A DNA stretch of 61,096 nt. It comes from Chthoniobacter flavus (GTDB taxonomy: Bacteria; Verrucomicrobiota; Verrucomicrobiia; Chthoniobacterales; JACTMZ01). Shown piece after piece: positions 1-9,245 of this stretch. Location: positions 1 to 61,096 of the forward strand of contig CAMBSX010000002.1 in assembly GCA_945870655.1 (NCBI GenBank), given 5' to 3'. The position numbers and the translations under genes are program-made. Positions within the stretch are counted from its first letter, which is position 1, and every line of letters starts with the position of its first letter. The notes under the pieces were generated by a model, which saw nothing but the letters and a program-made list of their open reading frames with translations, did no database searches and was not told where the DNA came from.

Positions 1-196
1 AAGAGGCTTTTCTTGGGCCAAAGTCGCCGCATGGGTCAGCACTCTGCTCCTCGTTGCCGCCTTTGCCTGGCGTTCGGTCGCCGGGTGGATGGCTTACGCG
101 GCGGGAGAGCCCAAGCTCTTTGCCGCGTCTTTGATCACGCTGATGCTGGTCGCTTCGCTGCTTTCGCTCGCCGTGCTCGCCCGGCGGAAGACTTGA
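1..196 (+). CDS. C-terminal fragment of an unidentified integral membrane protein (5' end lies outside the window)
   Basis: Frame +2 is open from nt 2 to TGA at 194-196. The translation RGFSWAKVAAWVSTLLLVAAFAWRSVAGWMAYAAGEPKLFAASLITLMLVASLLSLAVLARRKT* shows two helix-length hydrophobic segments and G/C-rich third codon positions. It is absent from the ORF track because no start codon lies in the window. No family recognised. Confidence 0.35.
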   Translation, partial: RGFSWAKVAAWVSTLLLVAAFAWRSVAGWMAYAAGEPKLFAASLITLMLVASLLSLAVLARRKT

Positions 197-845
197 GCCT
201 GAGCTTCCTGGCGGGGCTGTCCGCAGACGGACACAACCCGCGCACTTCGCAGTGCGTGCAGTCGGGTTTGCGGGCCGGGCAGCGGCGGCGGCCGTGCCAG
301 ATGAGAAGGTGGCTCCAGAGGGTCCAGGCGTCTTGGGGGATTTGCTTGAGAAGATCTTTTTCGACTTTGACCGGATCGGAATGCTTGGTCAGGCCGAGGC
401 GTTTGCTCAGGCGGGCAACGTGGGTGTCGACCACAATGCCGGCTTCGATGCCGTAGGCGTTGCCGAGGACGACGTTGGCGGTTTTGCGTCCGACCCCGGA
501 GAGCTGGGTGAGGGGTACGAGCTCGCGGGGGACTTTGCCGTCATGGTCCCGGACGAGTGATTTTGCCGCCGCGATGAGGTTTTTCGCTTTGTTGCGGAAG
601 AAGCCGGTGGAGCGGACAAGGTCCTCGACATCTTCCTGGCGGGCGGCGGCGAGAGATTCTGCGTCGGGATATTTTTTGAAGAGGGCGGGTGTCACAAGGT
701 TGACCCGCACGTCGGTGCACTGGGCCGAGAGAATGGTGGCGACGAGGAGTTGGAAGGCGCCTTGGTGGTCCAGTTCGCAGTGGGCGTCGGGGTACGTGGT
801 GCGCAGGTTCTGCAGAACGGCGGCAGCGCGCGCGGCCCGCTCCAT
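135..845 (-). CDS. nth: Endonuclease III (base-excision DNA glycosylase / AP lyase)
   Basis: This is the C-terminal 236 aa of track ORF 135..1265(-), starting at MERAARAAAVLQNL (ATG = complement of 843-845). It has the HhH-GPD region LTQLSGVGRKTANVVLGNAYG...VDTHV and the 4Fe-4S loop C-x6-C-x2-C-x5-C (CPARKPDCTHCEVRGLC). The upstream 140 aa of the track ORF are P/S/K-rich and overlap the TPR gene, so they are rejected. Confidence 0.9.
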   Translation of the reverse strand: MERAARAAAVLQNLRTTYPDAHCELDHQGAFQLLVATILSAQCTDVRVNLVTPALFKKYPDAESLAAARQEDVEDLVRSTGFFRNKAKNLIAAAKSLVRDHDGKVPRELVPLTQLSGVGRKTANVVLGNAYGIEAGIVVDTHVARLSKRLGLTKHSDPVKVEKDLLKQIPQDAWTLWSHLLIWHGRRRCPARKPDCTHCEVRGLCPSADSPARKLRLKSSAGRARRAKAAKRPASA

Positions 846-846
846 G

Positions 847-3800
847 CTATGGCCCGCCGAGAGCGTTGAGACGTTCCCGGGCTTTGGGGGCGAATTCGGA
901 GTCGGGGAATTTTTCGGCCAGTTCCTTGTAGGCGCGGACAACTTGGGCTTTTTGCTTGGTCGCTTTTTCCGGGTCGCTGGCTTGCAGTTCGCTGACTTGC
1001 AGTTCGAGGAGTTGTCCGCCTTCCCACAGTCCGGTGGCGGCGGCTTCGGGCACGCCTTCGTAGAAGGCAGAAATCTTGATGAAATAATCGATGGCGGCAT
1101 CGCGTTGGCCTTTGTCCTTTTGGATGAAGCCACCGAGGAGCATGGCTTCGGCCCGCAGATCGGTCGGGGAATTCGGCGTCCGGATGATCTGGGTGAGCAG
1201 GGCGATGGCTTCGTCTCCCTTGCCCTGCTCGCGCAGCGACGCGGCAATGCCGTAGTTGGCTTCAAGGACCTTGGGCGACCACGGGTAGAGGGCCTTCAGT
1301 TTTTCGAAAAGGGCGCCGGTTCCGGCCACATCGCCTTGTTCTTGCGCGATGCGTCCAAGACCGAAAAGCGAGATGGCTTGCGCTTCCTGGATGGACGGCG
1401 GGGATTGACCGGGCTCTTGTCCGGCGGGGTTCGGATAATCGGCGGCTATTTTTTCGAAGACGGCTTTGGCTTCCTCCGCTTTGCCGCTCTCGAGCAGGGC
1501 GAGTCCGTAGAGGTCGAGGTCGGATGGCGCGTAAACCAAAGAGGGATCGTAAGCTTTGTTCATTTCGTCCAGCGCGCGAGCCGGGTCGCTTTGGTTGATT
1601 AAAGCGGCCCGGGCGAAGAGGATTTTGGCTTTGGCGCCGTCCGGCGCGGAAGCAGCGAGGTTCTCGAAGTATTTTTCCACCCCGGCGGCATCGAGGAACC
1701 CGGCCGAGATCTCGGCCTGTTTGGCCGCGAGCAAAGAGCGAAGTCCCAGCCCGAGTTGCGCGCTGTCCGGATAGTCGGCGGCCATTTTTTCGGCGGCGGC
1801 AACGGAAGCGGCGATGGATACTTTCCATCGTGCCTGTTCCTCCGTGGTGAGCGCGCCGTAGCGTCCGAGTTTCTCCGCGGCGGCGCGATGCAGGTCGGCA
1901 ATTTTGAGCATGGCCTCGGGGGCCTTCGGATCGGCGGCGTATTTGGTGACAAAGGTTTGGAAAGCGGCGACGGCTGCTTCGAGGTTGCCGCGGTTGCTTT
2001 CACTTTGCCCCATGCTGTCGAAGGCGAAGAAAACTTTGTCGTCCTCCGGGTACTTCGCCGCGAATTCGGTCATGAGCCGGATGACCTCGTCCGTATTTTG
2101 CGCGGCGCCGGCCAACTGGGCCCGTTGGAAATAGGTGAAGGGTGCGGGCTGGCTCTGCGGGAATTTTTCCGCGATCTCGGCCATGGTGGCAACCGCTTCG
2201 TCGTTGCGTCCGAGGGCGAGCTTGGCTGCGGCGGCCGAATACATCGCGCTGGGAGTCAATTGAGCGTCCGGGTATTCCTGCACGAACGCCTCGATGAGCG
2301 GCAGGGATCCCTCGTGATCGCCTTTCTGTTGTGTGCCGACGGCAACCCAGAATTGGGCCTCCTCGACCTGCGCAGCCTGGGGGAACTTGGCCGCGACTTC
2401 TTTGTAAGCGGCGATGGCCTCGTCCCACTTGCCTTGCTCCTTGAGGACATTGCCGATACCAATTTGGGCAAAGGCGCCGACTTCGGGCGGAGGATTGGTG
2501 GCGAGGAAGTCACGGTAGGTTTTCAGGGCGCCGTCGAAATCTCCCTGCTGGGCGCGCGCGGTGGCTTCATTGACCACGGAGAGTCCAAGAAGCGGGCTTT
2601 GCGGATAAAGTTCAGCCGCCTCCCGGAAATACTGCGCGGCTTTTTCCGGATTGCGGACGTCCGGGTCGGGATGGGCCAGGAAGAGGTTCCCGAGGGCGAC
2701 GGGGAGGTTGGCGGCGACCGGGTCACCTTTGTGTGCCCGCTGAAAAGCGTCATAGCGGACCACGGCGGGATCGGCCGCGTTCTGCACCGCATAGGTCATG
2801 GCAAGAAAATAGAGATTGCGCTTTTTGTCCGCGTCTTCGGTCAGGAGCGGTTCGATGTGGGCGAGAACGACCCGCGACTCGTCATATTCTCCGGCTTGGA
2901 AATAGCTTTCACCAATTTTTTGCAGGGCGGTGAGCGTTTGGTCCGGACGCGACTGCAACTCGGCGAGTTTGCGCCGGTCGCGCTCGGCCTGACGGTCGAT
3001 ACGCTTGAGTTCCACGGTGTCGCGCGCGGCGAGGGCGGCGCGGCGCAGGGAGGGGATGCGGTCGATTTTTTCCTGTTGGAGGGCGACGATGGTCTCCTTG
3101 GGCAAGACGCCGCGGAAGGCGTTCCGGGCTTGTTCGAGAAGGACGGCTTTGCGGTCGTCGGGAGCAAAGGCGGCCTCGCTGAGGAGGATTTCTCCGAGCT
3201 GGAATTGTGCGGCGTTGACCAGGGCGAGGTCGGTTTTCTTCTCGATGATGGCCCCGAGGAGTCCGGCTGACTTGGCATAGAGGGCGAGGGCAGCCTGCTG
3301 GTCGGCGCCCTCGGCCCCGAGCATTTTGCTGCCTTCGGTGGCGAAAATGAGGGCGAGGAGGTTCTGGCTGTCGAGGATACCCGGGCTGTTGGGGAAGCGT
3401 TTGAGGTTGGTTTCGAGAGCGGTTTGGGCTGCGGCATAGTCGCCGAGTTGAAAAGAGGCGATGGCGCTTCCGTAAAAGGCAGACTCCGCTTCGGTAGATT
3501 GCGGGTGTCTTTCGATAAAGGCGGCGAATTGTTTCACGGCCTCCCCATAATTGGTTTTGCGTGCCGGGTCGTCGGCATTGAGCGAGGCGGCTAAGGCGGA
3601 CAAAGCCTGCGGTTGGAGCAAAGCCGCAAGTTCGCCCAGTTCCTCCCCGGCCGGAGGACCGGTGAGAAACTTTGCGAGGACATCGAGACTCTTTTGGTTT
3701 TCCCCGCTGAGGTAATAGGAGAAGGCGAGTTGGACTTGGGCGTTAGGGACCACGGGGGAGGTGGGGTAGTCGCGCAGGAGCGTCTCGTAGGCTTCGGCGG

Positions 3801-3930
3801 CGGCGCGGTAATCGCCGTCGGCGTAAATTGCATTGGCTGCTTCCAGAGCCTGCTGCGGGGCGTCCTGCGCGAAGGCCGGGAGCGCGGCAAGGAGGAGGGC
3901 CGGGATCAGGACGCGGGAGGGAAATTTCAT
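847..3930 (-). CDS. Large secreted tetratricopeptide-repeat protein (about 12 YbgF/BamD-like TPR units)
   Basis: 1027 aa with signal peptide MKFPSRVLIPALLLAALPAFAQ. It has a recurring motif of the type (D/K/R)(Y/F)P(D/Q/N)S..A..A.. followed by a helical repeat (DYPTSPVVPNAQVQLAFSYY, RHPQSTEAESAFYGSAIASF, KFPQSQPAPFTYFQRAQL, LYPWSPKVLEANYGIAASL, KFPDSEFAPKARERL). Its stop TAG (847-849) lies 1 nt before the nth start. Confidence 0.85.
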   Translation of the reverse strand: MKFPSRVLIPALLLAALPAFAQDAPQQALEAANAIYADGDYRAAAEAYETLLRDYPTSPVVPNAQVQLAFSYYLSGENQKSLDVLAKFLTGPPAGEELGELAALLQPQALSALAASLNADDPARKTNYGEAVKQFAAFIERHPQSTEAESAFYGSAIASFQLGDYAAAQTALETNLKRFPNSPGILDSQNLLALIFATEGSKMLGAEGADQQAALALYAKSAGLLGAIIEKKTDLALVNAAQFQLGEILLSEAAFAPDDRKAVLLEQARNAFRGVLPKETIVALQQEKIDRIPSLRRAALAARDTVELKRIDRQAERDRRKLAELQSRPDQTLTALQKIGESYFQAGEYDESRVVLAHIEPLLTEDADKKRNLYFLAMTYAVQNAADPAVVRYDAFQRAHKGDPVAANLPVALGNLFLAHPDPDVRNPEKAAQYFREAAELYPQSPLLGLSVVNEATARAQQGDFDGALKTYRDFLATNPPPEVGAFAQIGIGNVLKEQGKWDEAIAAYKEVAAKFPQAAQVEEAQFWVAVGTQQKGDHEGSLPLIEAFVQEYPDAQLTPSAMYSAAAAKLALGRNDEAVATMAEIAEKFPQSQPAPFTYFQRAQLAGAAQNTDEVIRLMTEFAAKYPEDDKVFFAFDSMGQSESNRGNLEAAVAAFQTFVTKYAADPKAPEAMLKIADLHRAAAEKLGRYGALTTEEQARWKVSIAASVAAAEKMAADYPDSAQLGLGLRSLLAAKQAEISAGFLDAAGVEKYFENLAASAPDGAKAKILFARAALINQSDPARALDEMNKAYDPSLVYAPSDLDLYGLALLESGKAEEAKAVFEKIAADYPNPAGQEPGQSPPSIQEAQAISLFGLGRIAQEQGDVAGTGALFEKLKALYPWSPKVLEANYGIAASLREQGKGDEAIALLTQIIRTPNSPTDLRAEAMLLGGFIQKDKGQRDAAIDYFIKISAFYEGVPEAAATGLWEGGQLLELQVSELQASDPEKATKQKAQVVRAYKELAEKFPDSEFAPKARERLNALGGP

Positions 3931-3948
3931 CCCCGAGATCTTAGATGA

Positions 3949-6900
3949 TCATGGGGTCGAGGGAAAGTCCGCTGGGCGGGTGGGAGCCGCGGAAATTTGT
4001 TGGCGACGGGCGGTGGCAAGGTTCAGGTCGTCGAGGATGGCGTAGAGCACGGGAATAAGCACGAGCGTGATCAACGTGGCGAAAGTGAGGCCCCAGATGA
4101 TGGCTTGGGCCATGGGGGCGAGAAACTGCTCTTGGCCGGTGCTGAGAAAGGCAAGGCTGAAGAGACCGACCACCGTGGTGACGGTGGTGAGAAAAATGGG
4201 GCGGAAGCGGGTGCAGCCGCTGGCGATAATCGAGTGCCAGCGGACGCGGGAGTTGGCCGCATCGCGGTTTTGGCGGTAGGCATTGATGAAATCGACGAAG
4301 ACGATGGAGTTATTCACCACGATGCCCGCGAGGGCGATGGTTCCCATGATCGACATCAGGCCCATGGGCTGTCCGGTGAAAAGCAGGCCGAGGACCACGC
4401 CGACGATCCCGAAGGGAATGACGGCCATGATGACAAAAGGCTGGAGGAACGAATTGGTGATGGTGGCAAGGAGGGCGTAGATGAGGAAAATGGCCACGAA
4501 GGACGCGAACTTCATCGCGGCAAGGCTGCGCTCGGTGTCTTCGCTTTCTCCGGTCAGTTGGATGCCGACGCCGGGATGCGCTGCGAGCAGTTCGGGAACC
4601 ATCGCGGCGAAGATCCGGTTGACTTCATTCGAGGTGGTTTCGCGCGGGTCGATGTCGGCCGAGACCGTGATGACGCGTTCCTGGTTGGTTCGTTTGATGC
4701 GGGCGACACCGCTGACCCGCTCGACGGTGGCGAGACTGGCGACATCGACCGCTCCTTGCGGGCCTTTGACCAGGAGATTGCCGACCAGATCGGGGTCCTG
4801 GCTGAAGCGCTCGTCCATCTTGACGCGGACAATGACCTCGTCGTTGCCCCAACGCAGGCGGGAAGCTTCGAGGCCTCGGAAGGCGCCGAGGAGGGTGCGT
4901 CCGACTTGGGTGGCATCGAGGCCGGCGCGCGAAGCGCGGTCTTCGTCGAGGCGGAGCCGGTATTCGGTTTTGCCCCGCGGGAAGTCGTTGCCCGTGTTGA
5001 TCAGCCCGGGAACCTGCGCAAGCCGTTGCTCGACGTCAGCTGCGGCGGCTTTGAGGGCGGCAAGGTCGGTGCCGCGGATTTCGATGTTCAGCGCACGCCC
5101 GACAGGCGGCCCGCTATCCTCTTTCTTGGCGATGCCGGTGACCAGATCCGGGAAGGCGATAAGCATGTTGCGCAGATCGCGCTCGATGACCGAGGGTTTG
5201 CGGCAGGCGGGGCTTTGCTCGTCGAGATCCACGATGATGGTGACGAGGTTGGTGCCGTATTCGAGAAATTCGTTGTCGGAGTCGAACATCACCCCGATGC
5301 GGGTGAGAACGGCGACCAGATCGGAAGCCGGCAGGGTGTCAACGATGGCCTGCTCCACGCGGGCGGCGACGTCCGCGGTCTGGTCGAGGGTGTAGTCGGC
5401 GGGGAGTTCGAGTTTGACGTTGATCGCGTCGGAAAAATCGGTGGCAAAAAGCCGGAAGGGCACGACGCCGGCGTAGACCAGACCGCCGACAAAGAGCAGA
5501 GCGGCAACAAAGACGCCGACCACCGCATAGCGCGCGCGGAGGGCGAGGTTGAGAAGGTGGGCGTAGATTTCGATGGTGCGGGAAAGCGTGCGATCGACGG
5601 CCTCACGCAGTTCCTCGTAGCAAAGCCCAGCCTCGCGGCTCAGGCGGCGGAAGCCGCGCGAGGGGTTCTTGGCCAAGGCGGCGCGACGGTCGGCCGCGGA
5701 ACGGGCCGGGCGGAGAAAGTCGGCGAGATGCGAGGGGAGTACCACGAAGGCCTGCAGCAAGGAGAAGCAAAGCGTGGCGATGACCACCACCGGAACGATG
5801 GCCAGAAACTTGCCGATGATGCCTTCGCCCCAAATAAGGGGGAGGAACGCGGCGACGGTGGTACTAACGCTGCCGAAAACCGGCCACAGGACCTCACGCG
5901 CCCCGCGAGTGGCGGCAATCGCGGCGGATTCCCCGGCGCTGTAGTGCCGGAAAGCGTTTTCCGAGGTGACCACGGCGTCATCGACCACCATGCCGAGGGC
6001 CATGATCATGCCGAAGAGGGAAAGCATGTTGATCGAAAATCCCCCGAGGTAGAGGACTAGAAAGGTGCCGGCGAAGGAAAAGGGGATGCCGAATGCGACC
6101 ATCAGAGCGACGCGCCAGTCGAGAAAGAGGAGCAGAATGGCAGTGACCAGGATAAGCGATTGGATGCCGTTGTTGGTCACGGTTTCAATGCGGGTGTTGA
6201 TGTACTTAGTGGTGTCCCCGATGACCTGTGTCTCGACCGACGGCGGGAGGAAAGCGGCCTCGGTGGCGAAAATCTGGCGCGCCTGGCGCACGGTCTCGAT
6301 GACATCGGTGCCGCGTTTTTTCACCACGGTGAAGGTGACGGCGGGGCGCATGTTGACGCGGCCGTAGGACTGGGGTTTTTCCGAGGTTTCCTTGACCGAG
6401 GCGATGTCGCGGATTTTGACCGTGCGGCCGTCCGTGCTGCGCCCGAGGGGCAAGTCCTCCAGTTGGGCGGCGTCGGTGATTTCGCCGAGCAAACGGACCA
6501 CGCGCTGGCCGCCGGCGGCATCGAGGCGGCCGCCCACCACGTTGATGTTTTTGGCCGCCACGGCATCCATCACCTCGGTGAGCGAAAGACCTGCGAGGCG
6601 CAGGCGGTAGGGGTCGACTTCGACCCAGACCTCGCGGCGCTCTAGGCCGTCGACGAGGACTTTGGAGACACCGGGAACCAGTTTCAATTTGCGCTCGATG
6701 TCGTCGAGGACAGGACGGATTTTCCGCACATCGAAACCGGGCGGATAGGAAACAGTGAAGGTGACGAGGGGCAGGGGAATGTCGAATTCTTCGACCACGG
6801 AGGGTTCGGCCGACCGGGGGAGCTCGGCGCGGGCTTTGTCGACGGCCTGGCGGACGTCGTTGAGCACGGGTTGGATGTCGTTGATGGCGGGGTCGACCTC

Positions 6901-7236
6901 GACGAAGATGTTCGAGAAGTTGTCCTGCGAGATGGAGCGTATTTTGGCCAGACCTTTGACATTGGCCAGTTCCTCCTCAAGCGGGACAGTGATGGTGCGT
7001 TCGATGTCCTCCGGCGCCGCGGTGGTGGCATCCAGCGTGGTCACGAGGATGAAGTTGGTCGTGACGTCGGGGAAGAGGTCGCGTTGCAGTTCGCTGAAGG
7101 CGGCGTAGTAACCGGCAAAGATAACGACGAGGGTGAAAATATTGACCGCTACGCGGTTTTTCACACTCCATGCAGCCAGACCCATAGCGGAACTGTAGTC
7201 GGTCCCCGGCCCGGCCGCAACGGCAGGACTTTCCAC
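3949..7236 (-). CDS. RND-superfamily efflux transporter permease (AcrB/CzcA-like, 12 TM, two large periplasmic loops)
   Basis: 1095 aa. The N-terminus (KNRVAVNIFTLVVIFAGYYAFSELQRDLFPDVT), the length, and the duplicated TM-bundle/loop layout (GMIMALGMVVDDAVV in the first half, MGTIALAGIVVNNSIVFVDF in the second) are typical of RND pumps. The true start may be the internal M at 7185 (MGLAAWSVKNRV). Confidence 0.9.
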   Translation of the reverse strand: MESPAVAAGPGTDYSSAMGLAAWSVKNRVAVNIFTLVVIFAGYYAAFSELQRDLFPDVTTNFILVTTLDATTAAPEDIERTITVPLEEELANVKGLAKIRSISQDNFSNIFVEVDPAINDIQPVLNDVRQAVDKARAELPRSAEPSVVEEFDIPLPLVTFTVSYPPGFDVRKIRPVLDDIERKLKLVPGVSKVLVDGLERREVWVEVDPYRLRLAGLSLTEVMDAVAAKNINVVGGRLDAAGGQRVVRLLGEITDAAQLEDLPLGRSTDGRTVKIRDIASVKETSEKPQSYGRVNMRPAVTFTVVKKRGTDVIETVRQARQIFATEAAFLPPSVETQVIGDTTKYINTRIETVTNNGIQSLILVTAILLLFLDWRVALMVAFGIPFSFAGTFLVLYLGGFSINMLSLFGMIMALGMVVDDAVVTSENAFRHYSAGESAAIAATRGAREVLWPVFGSVSTTVAAFLPLIWGEGIIGKFLAIVPVVVIATLCFSLLQAFVVLPSHLADFLRPARSAADRRAALAKNPSRGFRRLSREAGLCYEELREAVDRTLSRTIEIYAHLLNLALRARYAVVGVFVAALLFVGGLVYAGVVPFRLFATDFSDAINVKLELPADYTLDQTADVAARVEQAIVDTLPASDLVAVLTRIGVMFDSDNEFLEYGTNLVTIIVDLDEQSPACRKPSVIERDLRNMLIAFPDLVTGIAKKEDSGPPVGRALNIEIRGTDLAALKAAAADVEQRLAQVPGLINTGNDFPRGKTEYRLRLDEDRASRAGLDATQVGRTLLGAFRGLEASRLRWGNDEVIVRVKMDERFSQDPDLVGNLLVKGPQGAVDVASLATVERVSGVARIKRTNQERVITVSADIDPRETTSNEVNRIFAAMVPELLAAHPGVGIQLTGESEDTERSLAAMKFASFVAIFLIYALLATITNSFLQPFVIMAVIPFGIVGVVLGLLFTGQPMGLMSIMGTIALAGIVVNNSIVFVDFINAYRQNRDAANSRVRWHSIIASGCTRFRPIFLTTVTTVVGLFSLAFLSTGQEQFLAPMAQAIIWGLTFATLITLVLIPVLYAILDDLNLATARRQQISAAPTRPADFPSTP

Positions 7237-7268
7237 CGGCGGTGTGCGTCCCGTATATTGATAAGTCT

Positions 7269-9227
7269 ATGGAGAATCTTCCGGTTCTGTTGGCAGAGGG
7301 TCTGCGGCGCGGGTTGCTCGCGTCCTCGCTGGAAAACATCAATTCCTTGCTCGGCGCAAATCCCGAGACTTACGAGCGGGCCAGTATTGCCGAATTGGCC
7401 TCCTCGGGAAACTGGGAGGAGCTGAACAACCGGTTCTTCCGCACCTTGGCCTTCGGGACCGGCGGGTTGCGGGGCAAGACGATCGGCACGGTTGTGACGG
7501 CCGCCGAGCGCGGCGCGCCGGAGGCCATGGACCGTCCGCAATTTCCCTGCACGGGGACCAACGCCATGAATGACCGCAATGTGAGCCGGGCCACGCAGGG
7601 GCTGGTGGCCTACGTCAAAGAGTGGGCCCGGCGTGAAAAGTTGCCGCACCGGCCGCGGATCTGCATCAGCTACGACACGCGCTACTTTTCGCGCGAATTC
7701 GCGGACCTCTCGGCGAAAGTGATCACCGAACTTGGCTGCGATGCCCTGGTTTTTGCCGCGCCGCGGCCGACGCCCGAGCTGAGCTTTGCCGTGCGGCAAA
7801 GCGATGCCACGGCCGGGATCAACCTCACGGCCAGCCACAATCCGCCCGCTTACAACGGGTACAAAGTTTATTTCAACGACGGCGGTCAGGTGGTCGAACC
7901 GCATGCCTCGGGGATCATTGCCATGGTCAACGCGGTGCAGAGTCCGCATCACGAGCCGCTGCCGCCGGGCGAACAGGGCAGGCGCGTGGCCCTGGGCGCG
8001 GAGATGGACGAGGCTTATCTCGACCGCTTGGAGCGCGTGGTGCTGGATCCCGCGCTGGTGGCGCGCGAGAAGGGGCTCAAGATTGTTTACTCACCCCTGC
8101 ACGGGGTGGGGGCATCGATCATCATGCCGTTGCTGCAGCGTCTCGGTTTGGACGCGACCGTCGTGCCGGAGCAAGCTGTGCCGGACAGCCGTTTTCCCAC
8201 CGTCAAGTCCCCCAATCCGGAATATGCCGAGGCCCTGACCATGGCGCTGGAGTTGGCCGACAAGATCGGGGCGGATTTGGTCATGGCCACCGACCCCGAT
8301 GACGACCGCATGGGCGTGGCGGTGCGCAACCGCGCGGGGCGGATGGAATTACTGACCGGCAACCAGATCGGGTCGATGCTCGCCTACTATCGTGCCTCGC
8401 GGATGTTCGAGTTGGGCATTCTTGACGAGACGAACAAGTCGCGGGGTGTGATCATCAAGACTTTCGTGACAACCGACCTGCAAAAAGCGGTGGCGGAGCA
8501 CTTCGGTTTGCGCTGCGTGGAGACTTTGACCGGGTTCAAATACAATGCGGCCAAGCTGCGCCAATACGAGGAGGCGATCCCCGAGGACCTACGTGCGGAT
8601 TACCGTCGCCTGCCCGAGGAAGAGACGCGGCGCTTGCGGCTCGCCCACTCCTTGCTTTTGGTCATGGGCGGTGAGGAGAGTTACGGCTACACGCTTTCGG
8701 ATTTCGCGCGCGACAAAGATGCCAATGCGGCGGTGGCCGGTTTTGCCGAGGTGGCAGCTTATGCTCGCTCCCGGGGGATGACCGCGGTGGAGTATCTCGA
8801 TGAAATTTTCGCCACTCTCGGGGTCTACCTCGAGCGCGGGGAGTCGCTCGTTTTCGAAGGAGCGGAGGGCGCGGCGCAAATCGCCAAGTTGGCCGCGTCC
8901 TACGCCGGGAGTCCACCGGCCGAGATGGACGGTGCGGCTGTGGTGAAAATGGAAAATTTCGCGGTCGATACGATTCACGACACGGAGGGTGAGCTTATCC
9001 CAGCCGAGGGGATGATCATCTTTACTCTGGACGACGGAAGGCGTTGTGCGGTGCGTCCGAGCGGCACCGAGCCGAAGATCAAATATTACATTTTCGGTGT
9101 GGAGAAACCCCCCGGGCGCAAGATGACGACGGAGGAAGTGGCCGCGGCGCGCGGACGGGTGCAGGCCTCGGTCGACCGCCTGTGGGACTGGCTGCATGCG
9201 GACGCGTTGCGCCGCGGGGCGGCTTGA
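7269..9227 (+). CDS. Phosphohexomutase family protein (phosphoglucomutase/phosphomannomutase-like)
   Basis: It has the phosphoserine loop TASHNPPAYNGYKVY and the Mg-binding loop ATDPDDDRMGV. The start is taken at ATG 7269 (MENLPVLL); the track ORF begins at GTG 7242. Confidence 0.88.
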   Translation: MENLPVLLAEGLRRGLLASSLENINSLLGANPETYERASIAELASSGNWEELNNRFFRTLAFGTGGLRGKTIGTVVTAAERGAPEAMDRPQFPCTGTNAMNDRNVSRATQGLVAYVKEWARREKLPHRPRICISYDTRYFSREFADLSAKVITELGCDALVFAAPRPTPELSFAVRQSDATAGINLTASHNPPAYNGYKVYFNDGGQVVEPHASGIIAMVNAVQSPHHEPLPPGEQGRRVALGAEMDEAYLDRLERVVLDPALVAREKGLKIVYSPLHGVGASIIMPLLQRLGLDATVVPEQAVPDSRFPTVKSPNPEYAEALTMALELADKIGADLVMATDPDDDRMGVAVRNRAGRMELLTGNQIGSMLAYYRASRMFELGILDETNKSRGVIIKTFVTTDLQKAVAEHFGLRCVETLTGFKYNAAKLRQYEEAIPEDLRADYRRLPEEETRRLRLAHSLLLVMGGEESYGYTLSDFARDKDANAAVAGFAEVAAYARSRGMTAVEYLDEIFATLGVYLERGESLVFEGAEGAAQIAKLAASYAGSPPAEMDGAAVVKMENFAVDTIHDTEGELIPAEGMIIFTLDDGRRCAVRPSGTEPKIKYYIFGVEKPPGRKMTTEEVAAARGRVQASVDRLWDWLHADALRRGAA

Positions 9228-9245
9228 GGCAGGATTGAAGACCAA

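Noticed and set aside
3997-6060. 687-aa ORF on the plus strand, antisense to the RND pump gene
   Set aside because: It lies entirely inside a gene with unmistakable RND motifs. Its translation is low-complexity (G/D/A/E/R/H-rich) with no recognisable domain. This is a typical shadow ORF of a high-GC genome, where stop codons are rare in antisense frames.
7231-7268. TATATT hexamer (7254-7259) 9 nt before the phosphohexomutase ATG, which would imply a near-leaderless mRNA
   Set aside because: The matching -35 (TTCCAC) is poor. The hexamer would be coding if the GTG at 7242 is the real start. This cannot be decided from sequence.
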